A stretch of DNA of 64,000 nt from an uncultured delta proteobacterium (GCA_963810935.1 CAWEPK010000009.1:160001-224000), one strand, 5' to 3'; shown: positions 50,710-59,563, counted from the stretch's first letter. Notes: a model not told the origin generated them from the sequence alone. Made by a program: numbers and translations.

Positions 50710-51644
50710 GCGAGCACCCCACGTACCGCATCCACTTCCGCCATCGTTTCGACGTGATGGCAGGGGATATCCGGCACGATCCTTTTCATCATGTTCGTAA
50801 GCACCTTCTGCGGCCCCACTTCGATGAAAAGCTCGACGCCCCGGCCAACCATAGTCTTTACGCAATCCTCCCAAAGGACCGGCGAGAACATTTGGCGGAA
50901 GAGAAGGTCTGTGACCGCCCCCGCTTCCATATTGGGACCGGCGTTTATGTTGGCTACGACGGGAAAGCGCATGGGCGAGAAAGGGACTTTCTCCAGCTCC
51001 GCTTTCAGCTTTTCCGCCGCGGGCTTCATTAGCGGGCTGTGGAACGGACCCGACACATTGAGGAAAATCGCTTTCTTATATCCTACCCCTTTCAGCTTCT
51101 CGACTGCCTCCTTCAGGGCGTTGATATCGCCCGACAGGACGAGCTGGTCCGGGGAGTTGAGATTCGCCGGCGCTGCTACGTAGTCGCCTTTGGAGACCGC
51201 GCTACAGACCTCTTCCACCTTCTGACGCACGGGGCCCATGAGAGCGACCATGCCCCCTGCCCCGGCAGGGCACGCCTCTTCCATGAGAAGGCCCCTCGTC
51301 CGGGTCAGCCTGAGTGCGTCTTCAAAGGACAGAAGCCCGCTCGCGCAGAGCGCCGTATATTCGCCGAGGCTGTGGCCGGCCGCGCAAAAAGGTTCTAAAC
51401 CGGTTTCCCTTACCAATAACAACCACGACGCGTAGCTCGCTAAAAGGATGGCCGGCTGCGTGTTAAAGGTTTTACGCAACTCGTCTTCGGGGCCCTCGAA
51501 GCAGAGCTTGGACAGGCCGAAACCGGTGGCCTTATCGGCTGATTCGAACAGGTCCCTTACATAGTCGAACCGGTCGCAAAGCTCCTTCCCCATTCCGACA
51601 TACTGCGATCCCTGCCCTGGAAAAACGACCCCTATTTTTTTCAT
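50706..51644 (-). CDS. fabD: Malonyl-CoA:ACP transacylase
   Basis: FPGQGSQ, AGHSLGEY, VSGPFHS, EVGP. Confidence 0.96.
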   Translation of the reverse strand: MKKIGVVFPGQGSQYVGMGKELCDRFDYVRDLFESADKATGFGLSKLCFEGPEDELRKTFNTQPAILLASYASWLLLVRETGLEPFCAAGHSLGEYTALCASGLLSFEDALRLTRTRGLLMEEACPAGAGGMVALMGPVRQKVEEVCSAVSKGDYVAAPANLNSPDQLVLSGDINALKEAVEKLKGVGYKKAIFLNVSGPFHSPLMKPAAEKLKAELEKVPFSPMRFPVVANINAGPNMEAGAVTDLLFRQMFSPVLWEDCVKTMVGRGVELFIEVGPQKVLTNMMKRIVPDIPCHHVETMAEVDAVRGVLA

Positions 51645-52805
51645 TTACCTCTTTTTCGATGCCGCTTCTTTTATCAGTTCGAGGCCGATGACGTTCCTCT
51701 GTATCTGGTTCGTTCCTTCGTAGATCTGAAGGATTTTGGCGTCCCTCATCATTTTTTCGATGGGGTAGTCCCGCATATAGCCGTAACCGCCGAATATCTG
51801 TAGGGCGTCCACCGTCACCTTCATGGCTACGTCGCTCGGAAATACCTTGCTCATGGCCGATGCCTTCGAAAGGTCCTTCGCGCCTGAATCTATGTAGCGG
51901 GCGACCGAATAAACAAGGGCGCGCGCCGCTTCAGTCTGTGTGGCCATATCCGCAAGCATGTGCTGAATCGCCTGGAAGGATATGATTTTCTTCTCGAACT
52001 GCTCCCTTTCCCTTGCGTAGGCGACCGCTGCATCGAGCGCGCCCTGGGCCACTCCGACGGCCTGTGCCCCAATACCCGGCCGGGTCCGGTCGAAGGTCCT
52101 CATCGCAAGGATGAAGCCCATGCCTTCCCTACCTATAACATTTTCCTTCGGGACTTTGCAATCCTGGAAGACCAGCTCCCTGGTCGCAGACGCCCGGATA
52201 CCCAGCTTCTTTTCCTTCTTGCCGAAGGAAAAACCGTCCATACCCTTCTCGACGATGAACGCAGTCGCGCCCCTGCCGCCCTTGGAACGGTCGGTCATGG
52301 CGATCACGGTATATATCTCAGCCTCGCCTCCGTTGGTGATCCACTGCTTGGTGCCGTTGAGGATGTAATAGTCGCCGTCCTTGCGCGCCTCCGTCCTGAT
52401 GCCCGCTGCGTCGCTGCCCGCGTTAGCCTCGGTGAGGCCAAAAGCAGCAAGCCTCTTACCCTTCGCAACGTCCGGCAGGAACCGCGCTTTTTGCTCCTCA
52501 CTCCCGCCGAGAAGTATCGGATGGGAACCGAGCAGACTGGCCGCATAGCTCACCGACACGCCGAGGCAGCCCCTGCTCAGTTCCTCGACGACGATACAGT
52601 TTTCCAGCGCGCCGCCGCCTAAGCCGCCGTATGCCTCCGGTATGCTTACCCCGAAAAGGCCGGTCTCCGCACAGGAGCGCATGATCTCCCACGGGAACGT
52701 CTCCGTCTCGTCCAGCTCGGCCCTGACGGGCATAATCTTTTCCTGCGCAATCCTGCGCGCCAGTTTCCTGATCTCCTTCTGGTCGTCCGTCAGAAAATAA
52801 TCCAT
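51645..52805 (-). CDS. Acyl-CoA dehydrogenase (short-chain/butyryl-CoA-like)
   Basis: FGLTEANAGSD, GTKQWITNG, KLGIRAS, QIFGGYGY, QIYEGTNQIQR. Confidence 0.93.
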   Translation of the reverse strand: MDYFLTDDQKEIRKLARRIAQEKIMPVRAELDETETFPWEIMRSCAETGLFGVSIPEAYGGLGGGALENCIVVEELSRGCLGVSVSYAASLLGSHPILLGGSEEQKARFLPDVAKGKRLAAFGLTEANAGSDAAGIRTEARKDGDYYILNGTKQWITNGGEAEIYTVIAMTDRSKGGRGATAFIVEKGMDGFSFGKKEKKLGIRASATRELVFQDCKVPKENVIGREGMGFILAMRTFDRTRPGIGAQAVGVAQGALDAAVAYAREREQFEKKIISFQAIQHMLADMATQTEAARALVYSVARYIDSGAKDLSKASAMSKVFPSDVAMKVTVDALQIFGGYGYMRDYPIEKMMRDAKILQIYEGTNQIQRNVIGLELIKEAASKKR

Positions 52806-52806
52806 T

Positions 52807-53817
52807 CTAGAGCTCCTTACTCCTCGTGGGTGACGCGTACTCCCGCATCGCGTCTTTTATATGTCCGTTGACGTTCGTTCCAACAAATCCCTTTGCTTGT
52901 AAGATGGCGCTCCTGATCGCCCTCTCGTTCGACTTGCCGTGGCAGATTATACAGACCCCATCCACCCCTACAAGGGGGGCGCCGCCGTATTCGGAGTAGT
53001 CTACCATCCGGGAAAGGGCTTTGAAAACAGGGGAAAGTAAAAGATAGCCTATCTTTGCCCTCCTGCTCGCCCTTATCTTTTCCTTCAGGATGCCTAGAAT
53101 CGCCTCGGCCACGCCCTCGCTTACCTTCAGGGCCACGTTGCCGACAAAGCCGTCCGTGACGACGACGTCCGCCGTGCCGTTGTACAGGTCCATCCCCTCG
53201 AGGTAGCCCGTATAGTTGAGGTCGGCGCCGGAAAGGAGCGCGTGTGTCTCCCGCGTAAGCTCGTTTCCCTTCGTCGCTTCCTCGCCGTTGCTTAAAACCC
53301 CGACCCTGGGGTTCTGCACCCCTAGCGCATATTTTGCGAACATATCGCCCATGATCGCAAACTGGACGAGGTGCGACGGCCGGCAGTCCACCGTGCCTCC
53401 TGAGTCGAGAAGGATCGATTTCGTGCCCCTAACGTTCGGGTGTATAGTGAGGATGGCCGGTCTCTCCACGCCCGGGAGCCTGCCCAGGGTGAAAATGGCG
53501 AACGCGAGGAAGGCGCCCGAATTCCCTGCCGAAACTACGGCCTGGACGTCGCCCGCCTTCAGCAGGCTGAACGCGACGTTGATGGAAGAGTCCTTCTTCT
53601 TCCGCAGGGCCGTGGAAGGCGACTCTTTCATCTCAACGGACGTCGGCGCGTGGACGATGTCGATGCCCGACCGGCTCTGCAAGAGCGGTCCTATCGCGTT
53701 CTCGTCGCCCACAAGGACAAGGTCTCCGGCTCCAACGGCTGCGGCCGCCTCCGCTCCCCGCACTATGGCGAGGGGCGCGTGGTCACCGCCCATGGCGTCG
53801 ATGGCTATCCTCACCAT
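52807..53817 (-). CDS. plsX: Phosphate acyltransferase
   Basis: IAIDAMGGDHAP, SAGNSGA, GEEATKG, DGFVGNVALK, YGGAPL.G, HGKS; start at ATG 53817. Confidence 0.96.
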   Translation of the reverse strand: MVRIAIDAMGGDHAPLAIVRGAEAAAAVGAGDLVLVGDENAIGPLLQSRSGIDIVHAPTSVEMKESPSTALRKKKDSSINVAFSLLKAGDVQAVVSAGNSGAFLAFAIFTLGRLPGVERPAILTIHPNVRGTKSILLDSGGTVDCRPSHLVQFAIMGDMFAKYALGVQNPRVGVLSNGEEATKGNELTRETHALLSGADLNYTGYLEGMDLYNGTADVVVTDGFVGNVALKVSEGVAEAILGILKEKIRASRRAKIGYLLLSPVFKALSRMVDYSEYGGAPLVGVDGVCIICHGKSNERAIRSAILQAKGFVGTNVNGHIKDAMREYASPTRSKEL

Positions 53818-53822
53818 ACGCG

Positions 53823-54005
53823 TTAGAGCTCTTCTACCTTCAGGCGCTTCTTGCCCTTGTAGTTTCCGCATTTCGCGCATACGCGGTGGGACAGCATCGG
53901 CTCCTTGCAAGTCGGGCAGAGGACCACCCCGGGGGGCGAGGCCTTGTCATGCGTCCTTCTTTTGTCTCTCCTCGACTTTGATGTTTTTCTCTTCGGGACA
54001 GGCAT
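53823..54005 (-). CDS. rpmF: 50S ribosomal protein L32 (Zn-binding form)
   Basis: [21 protein letters not shown]...[11 protein letters not shown]. Confidence 0.97.
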   Translation of the reverse strand: MPVPKRKTSKSRRDKRRTHDKASPPGVVLCPTCKEPMLSHRVCAKCGNYKGKKRLKVEEL

Positions 54006-54015
54006 AATATTCTCC

Positions 54016-54535
54016 TTACCGGTCTTTTAAAAAACTTTTCAGCTTCTCTCCCATAGCCGTACCCGTCTTCTCGCAGCCGCACTCCTCGACGTTGCGGTTC
54101 TTGCCGCAAACAGGACAGATACCCTTGCAGGCATCCGAGCAAAGGGCCTTTATGGGCAGGTCAAGCATTACCTCTTCGAAGACGTAGGGGTCGATATCGA
54201 TCTCATCCCCTTCGAAGTAATATACGTTCATTTCATCGGTTTTTAACTCGACTTCTTCGCCGGCGGGCGTTTTTTGCCGCGGAAGCAGACTCTATATCGA
54301 GCTTCGATGATACCGAAAAAGTGAATTCCTCCAGGCAGCGGGCGCACGTCAGCGATAGCTCGGCACTCACCGGGCCGCTGAGCCATACATTATCGCCGGC
54401 CTTTTGTACCGTGATCTCATATTCGATGGGAGAGGCGAAGCCGATATCGGTGTCCTCGGGTCTCTTTAATTTCGCCCCGTCGAGCGACCCCTTGACCGAT
54501 ATAGTATCCTGTAAGTCGTAAAGTTTTATAATCAT
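54016..54535 (-). CDS. yceD: YceD/DUF177 protein, split by a one-base frameshift near 54289
   Basis: CARCLEEF in the 5' part; [18 protein letters not shown]...C.C in the 3' part; removing one base gives [27 protein letters not shown]; canonical position upstream of rpmF. Confidence 0.88.
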
Positions 54536-54561
54536 TGATTGTTTACCGTTTTGGGTCTAAC

Positions 54562-54591
54562 AATATAAAGGTTTTTTAGGCCTATTGTCAA
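54562..54591 (-). promoter_or_regulatory. Putative sigma70 promoter of the yceD-rpmF-plsX-fab operon
   Basis: Minus strand TTGACA-18 nt-TATATT. Confidence 0.55.
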
Positions 54592-54677
54592 GCAATTTGG
54601 CCCTGACAGCCCCAGCGGCTCATCCGCCGTGGTTGCGCAAACCATTAAGAATACCTAATTTTTTAATAAAGGGCTAA

Positions 54678-56174
54678 TTGGGCACTAAAGGGGACGGCCA
54701 TTCCGGGGAAGTCGATTGGCTCGCCGATGGGCTTTCGGCGTATCTCGCGCCCCTCATTGCCGGTCTTATGAAGCAGGGCTCGGCCGGGACGGGGGTGCCG
54801 GCTATCGCCAGGGCCCTCTGGTCGAAACTCGGCCCCAAAATAGAAAAGTCACCTCGACTCAAGGAAAGCGCAGAAGATCTGGCGCAGGGCCCGGCCGACC
54901 CGGACCTGCTCGCCATTTTCGGGATACGGCTGCGCCGCCTCCTTTATTCGGATAGTGGCCTCGCTGCGTCGCTTCTGGAGGCGGCGGGGCCAAGGCAGGA
55001 GGAAATCCTGGGCGAGCACGGGGCCTGCCGGTGCGGGTTGCCCGGCGGGGACGATCCGGTCATGGACAGGATCGAGGCCGTCTATCGGCTCCGGTCCGGA
55101 CGGCCGCCCGATGAGGTCGCGCGCGCAGTGGGCATGAGCGTGGAGCGGGTCTTCCGGCTGAACAGGCGTTTCTGCGCGGCCGGGGTAGCGGGCCTGCTTT
55201 CTGACACGGATACCGGCCATTGGCTCGCAAGGCTCGGACGCGACGACCCGGTTTTGAGAAGGCTCGACATGATCGACCTTGTGCGGTCCGGGACGCCCGC
55301 CGCAGTCGTAGCGCGTGAGTACGACGCGCTCCCGGAGTACGTGCAGATGGTCCACGAAAGGTTTTCACGGGGTGGGATGGCAGGCATGCTGACGGACGAG
55401 GAAAGAGAGCGGCTCTGGTCGCTCACGCCTAAAACGATCCGCGTCGCTTCATATAACCTGCACGGCCTGCACTGTGGGGCCGACCAGACGCAAAGGCTTA
55501 AGAATATCGGCTGGGCATTCGCCCGCCTGGACGTCCATGCAGCGGCCCTTCAGGAGGTCTTGAGCGGCGGAGAAGTGGAGGACACGGGCGTGCAAATCTC
55601 CAGGTGGGCGTCAAAGATGACGGGGTACAACTACCGGCCTTTCTTTGCCTACTGCCATCCATTCATGGAGAAGTACCCGGAGGGCGTTTCTGTGTCGGTC
55701 CGCTGCGCGCCGGAGGCAACGAAGACCATCGACCTCACCGGCTTGCCCCGCGGCCTCAAGCCGTCACTTACAAGAAACGCCCTGGCAGTCACCACAGAGG
55801 TCTTCGGCCGGAAAGTCGTCTTTGTATCGGTCCACCTCGACCATACCCGGGACCCGGCCGTGCGGCTGGCGCAGGCGGAGAAACTGGTGGCCGAGGTGGA
55901 GGCAGACGCGCCTCCAGGCGCCTGCCTCATTCTGGCGGGCGATTTCAACGACCTTGAGGATTCGCCTGCCATACACTCCCTGCTGTCGGCGGGTTACACG
56001 GATACCTACAGGGCCCTGCACGGGGACGCGGGCAATACATACCCCGCGGGCGGACCTCAGATGAGGATCGACTACATCTTCGTGAAGGGCCATGCCGGGG
56101 TCGCCGCATCGGGACTCCTGCCCGATGACCCCGACCTTAGCGACCATATCGGAGTGTACGCAGAAATACGTTAA
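54678..56174 (+). CDS. Multidomain protein: N-terminal helical domain + two HTH repeats + endonuclease/exonuclease/phosphatase (EEP) domain
   Basis: EEP motifs ASYNLH, ALQEV, SVHL, AGDFND, RIDYIF, SDH; two DDPV..R....RSG.P...VAR HTH repeats. Confidence 0.85.
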   Translation: MGTKGDGHSGEVDWLADGLSAYLAPLIAGLMKQGSAGTGVPAIARALWSKLGPKIEKSPRLKESAEDLAQGPADPDLLAIFGIRLRRLLYSDSGLAASLLEAAGPRQEEILGEHGACRCGLPGGDDPVMDRIEAVYRLRSGRPPDEVARAVGMSVERVFRLNRRFCAAGVAGLLSDTDTGHWLARLGRDDPVLRRLDMIDLVRSGTPAAVVAREYDALPEYVQMVHERFSRGGMAGMLTDEERERLWSLTPKTIRVASYNLHGLHCGADQTQRLKNIGWAFARLDVHAAALQEVLSGGEVEDTGVQISRWASKMTGYNYRPFFAYCHPFMEKYPEGVSVSVRCAPEATKTIDLTGLPRGLKPSLTRNALAVTTEVFGRKVVFVSVHLDHTRDPAVRLAQAEKLVAEVEADAPPGACLILAGDFNDLEDSPAIHSLLSAGYTDTYRALHGDAGNTYPAGGPQMRIDYIFVKGHAGVAASGLLPDDPDLSDHIGVYAEIR

Positions 56175-56187
56175 ATCCGGGGTACTT

Positions 56188-57810
56188 ATGCCGCGCAGAG
56201 CCGGTTACTTCGTTCTCGCTTATGCCTGGGACCACCATTGCCGCAGGATCTATGATGCCCTCGACGGCAAGTTTCGGGCTGCCGAGCGGACGGCGCTGGA
56301 GCTTGAGCGCGAAGAGCCGGCCGGGATTGAGGCAATACTCGACTACTACCTGGCGTGGCATCGCTGCAATGAGACCTACCACGCAGCCACGGACGAGACA
56401 AGAAGCAGGCAGTACGTTATAAACTCCCTGGGATACAGGGGCTACGGCGTAAACCGGGACCTCTTGGCCGCCCTGGGCGACCTGGCGCGCAGGTACGCCT
56501 GGATCGAGGGCGCGCTTCAGGACTGTTTTTACAGGAAGATAAGGGCCGCCTCCGAGATGGCGCGGGCCGGCCATGAGGCGATCGACGAGCACAGGTCAGA
56601 AGTTATCATTGAAAAGCTCGCGCACGTTGCGGGGAGGCACGATTTGCCCGGCGCACGTTATGATGCCGCCCCGGATTTAGGCGGTTACTTCGAGGTCATG
56701 TCGAAAGAGACGCCGTGGCAAGCGAATACGGCGATCTTCCGGAAGATGTTCTTCGCGACTGGCGCGTCTTCCGTAACCATAATGAAGGGGAGCACCGGGT
56801 TGCAGGACGGCCGCTCCTGCCAGGAGGTGAAGCTCCTGGCCAACCGGAATTTCGTCGAGGCGGGGCGTGAGCTTTTCTCGAAGCTGGATGCCTTCACCGA
56901 CATAGGGATCGACCTCTTAAAGAACATACATTACCTTCTGACGAAGGACTTGAGCGCAGGCGGCGGGGGTTTCCGCGCGATCGATTTTCCTGACAGAAAC
57001 GGAGTGACCTTCGAGTTCGACAATTTCCAGAGGGAGGTTGCAGACCTGTCGGTCGTCCTCGGCGAAACGGGCCGCAGCTTCGATAACCTACCGGAATTCC
57101 TCCATAACCTGGCCCGCTCGTACTACATGTTCATCGGGATACATCCCTTCTGGGACGCCAACGGCCGCTCCGGTAAGTGCTTCCTTAACTTTTTGCTGGT
57201 GAAAAAGGGGCTGCCGCCCATCCTGATGGACGACCGGGATGAGGTGCTCGCCCTCCCCCGCTACGGGGGGTCAATGGAGCAGATGCACGGCTACCTGCTC
57301 GCCAGGCTCAAGGCGGCCACGGACGTCTATTTCTACGAGAGATGGAAGCTGGAGACATCCGGCCTGCTGCACAGGGAAATCTACAACGTCTCCTTCGACT
57401 CCGGTTTCCATTTCAGGCAGATAGGCGGCCGGCCGGCCCGGATCGAGGCAGGTTTCGAAGCATACGTCTGCAACGACGCTGCGCTCAGGCAGGCCCTTGA
57501 GGAGCATGCGGCCATCGTTTTCCCTGAAGACCGCCTGCTTTACGGGATGACCATCCACTGCGGCATCGCAGACGCCCCGTTCACGGAGTGGCGGCGCCCC
57601 TTCAGCCTTACCGGGAACTTTTACATTAAAGAGCTCGGGCAGGAGATCGAGGGCGTGAGGAGGTTCGACGTAGATTTTACCGTGGACGCACCGGGGCAGG
57701 GAGAGGGCGGCCCCTATTTCGCCTGCTCGGTCACAAGCCCGGAGGCCGGTCTCACATTCAACAACAAGGGACTCAACTATTCGTACCGCCTCGACGGCGG
57801 CGGCGCATGA
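56188..57810 (+). CDS. Fic/Doc-domain protein with long N- and C-terminal extensions
   Basis: IHPFWDANGRSGK Fic-like motif; LLKNIHYLL..GGFR upstream elements; ATG 56188 follows the EEP stop by 13 nt. Confidence 0.8.
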   Translation: MPRRAGYFVLAYAWDHHCRRIYDALDGKFRAAERTALELEREEPAGIEAILDYYLAWHRCNETYHAATDETRSRQYVINSLGYRGYGVNRDLLAALGDLARRYAWIEGALQDCFYRKIRAASEMARAGHEAIDEHRSEVIIEKLAHVAGRHDLPGARYDAAPDLGGYFEVMSKETPWQANTAIFRKMFFATGASSVTIMKGSTGLQDGRSCQEVKLLANRNFVEAGRELFSKLDAFTDIGIDLLKNIHYLLTKDLSAGGGGFRAIDFPDRNGVTFEFDNFQREVADLSVVLGETGRSFDNLPEFLHNLARSYYMFIGIHPFWDANGRSGKCFLNFLLVKKGLPPILMDDRDEVLALPRYGGSMEQMHGYLLARLKAATDVYFYERWKLETSGLLHREIYNVSFDSGFHFRQIGGRPARIEAGFEAYVCNDAALRQALEEHAAIVFPEDRLLYGMTIHCGIADAPFTEWRRPFSLTGNFYIKELGQEIEGVRRFDVDFTVDAPGQGEGGPYFACSVTSPEAGLTFNNKGLNYSYRLDGGGA

Positions 57811-59426
57811 AGACGCAGGAAATAACGGCGGAGGACTTTGCCCGGCCGTCCTACAAATGGATATGGGAGAGGCGCTTCATTCGCAACCTCCAGGGGTGGA
57901 GTATATCCCTCTTCCCGGCCGGCATAGGTTTTTCCGTCGCCGACTATGCTTCCGGGAAGGGCCTGCGCGTCTGCCTGTCCATAGAGCGGGAGGACGGGGC
58001 TGCCGAGTTCTACCTTGCCGACGCCTATTACGTGGGCGAATGGGGCGGGGGCTTTCAGAAATGGCAGACGCGCCCTGTGCCCGTATTCCCCTATGAGGGG
58101 CTTCACGGCCTTACGCGGGCCGTGACCTTCTCCTACAGCGTGCTGAAAGACGGGGCGGCCATCCCGTCCCGTTTCCGGTACCGGTTCGCAAGCCTAGAAG
58201 ATTTTTACCGCGGCCGCCTGGCCATCGACGACTTCTATGACCCGTCCTTCAAGAGCGAAAACGACGAGCCGATGGCGGCATCCGATGACGAGGCCGTCCG
58301 GCTGGCGTACCTCCGCATGAACGCCGCGGCCGGCCCGCTCCCTATCGCGCCGCTGTTTACCCGCGGCAACGAGTGGAGGCCCGAGCACCCTGTACATGCA
58401 ATCCACCGCGCCATCGACAGGGTGATAGAAAAGGCGGACACGGAGCAGGGCACGCGCCAATCGATAAGCCTCGCCATGTTCGATTTCGACAACGAGCACA
58501 TTACAAAACATCTGGTCTATGCGAAAGAGAAAGGGGTAGAGGTCGAATGCATAGGGGACTGGGCGCAGGTGAGCCCCATGAATGTCTCCGAAAATATCGC
58601 GCGCCTTCGCCGTGCGGGAATTCGCGTCTATGGCGTCGTCCGCAACGACCCCACCCGGCTGCACCAGGACATCGCGAGCATGCACACAAAATTCGTCATT
58701 TTTAATAGCGACGAGGTCCACTCCGGTTCGTACAACCTCCATTTCCATCTCTGGGGAGGCAACTGGGAGAGCGGCCTCGCCTTCCGGTCGCCGGAGGCGG
58801 CCGTCATATACCGCTCCATCTACAACGCGATCAGGTTCGGCCTCAAGACGGGCCTCGACGTGGACCCGGCCGCAAGGCAGAACGTCTATTATACGTTCGG
58901 CGCTTACCGTACTGGGAGCGCACCGTTCCGCCCGCAGGACGCGATTATAACCGAGATAGAGAACGCGGCCCGCTCCATCGTAGTCTGCATGTTCGAGATA
59001 AGCCCCATAACCGGCGCGCCCGATGGGCGCGGCCCGGAGACGGATATTGTAGGGGCGCTGATCCGCGCGAGGGATAGGGGTGTGCGCGTGCGGGTCATCG
59101 TAAACGGGATGATGAGCCACACGGGGCCGCAGCCCGCAGACTGGGACAAAGACTTTTCGAGGCCGCTGAAGCACGCCTTCAACCGGCTGAGGGACGCATG
59201 GATCGAGGTCTATTACGTCTATTACCACGAGAGCATTTACTCGCCGCTGCACCATAAGTTCGCAGTCTTCGACGAGGAATGCGTCATTGCCGGATCGTAC
59301 AACTGGTACGAGCCGAGCCTTTATTCCGACGAGATACTTACGGTGACGCGGGACGACCACCTGGCTGCCGCGTTCCTGGAAGAAGTTGAGCTGGTGCTGA
59401 GGTCGTTCAGGGTCCGAAAAGGCTGA
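57807..59426 (+). CDS. Phospholipase D superfamily protein (two HKD-type motifs) with an unknown N-terminal domain
   Basis: MHTKFVIFNSDEVHSGSYN and LHHKFAVFDEECVIAGSYNW; ATGA overlap with the Fic gene. Confidence 0.88.
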   Translation: MKTQEITAEDFARPSYKWIWERRFIRNLQGWSISLFPAGIGFSVADYASGKGLRVCLSIEREDGAAEFYLADAYYVGEWGGGFQKWQTRPVPVFPYEGLHGLTRAVTFSYSVLKDGAAIPSRFRYRFASLEDFYRGRLAIDDFYDPSFKSENDEPMAASDDEAVRLAYLRMNAAAGPLPIAPLFTRGNEWRPEHPVHAIHRAIDRVIEKADTEQGTRQSISLAMFDFDNEHITKHLVYAKEKGVEVECIGDWAQVSPMNVSENIARLRRAGIRVYGVVRNDPTRLHQDIASMHTKFVIFNSDEVHSGSYNLHFHLWGGNWESGLAFRSPEAAVIYRSIYNAIRFGLKTGLDVDPAARQNVYYTFGAYRTGSAPFRPQDAIITEIENAARSIVVCMFEISPITGAPDGRGPETDIVGALIRARDRGVRVRVIVNGMMSHTGPQPADWDKDFSRPLKHAFNRLRDAWIEVYYVYYHESIYSPLHHKFAVFDEECVIAGSYNWYEPSLYSDEILTVTRDDHLAAAFLEEVELVLRSFRVRKG

Positions 59427-59446
59427 AGAACGCCTTTAGGAAGTAG

Positions 59447-59521
59447 TCAGTCCTGATAATAAGCGAACATAAAGAAGCTTACGAGGAGGACCGCAGCGAA
59501 GAGGCTCGACTCGAACGTCAT
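59447..59521 (-). CDS. Putative 24-aa single-helix membrane peptide
   Basis: AAGGAG RBS 7 nt before the ATG; MTFESSLFAAVLLVSFFMFAYYQD*. Confidence 0.5.
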   Translation of the reverse strand: MTFESSLFAAVLLVSFFMFAYYQD

Positions 59522-59563
59522 ACCGCAGCTCCTTGTTGTAAGACGACTTGAAACGGATAAACT

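Noticed and set aside
55050..55400. IS630/IS481 transposase remnant
   Set aside because: HTHs are in frame inside an intact multidomain gene; no DDE domain or terminal inverted repeats seen
59447..59521. Calling the small peptide kdpF
   Set aside because: Lacks the typical YL.YAL..PE.F ending and is not followed by kdpA
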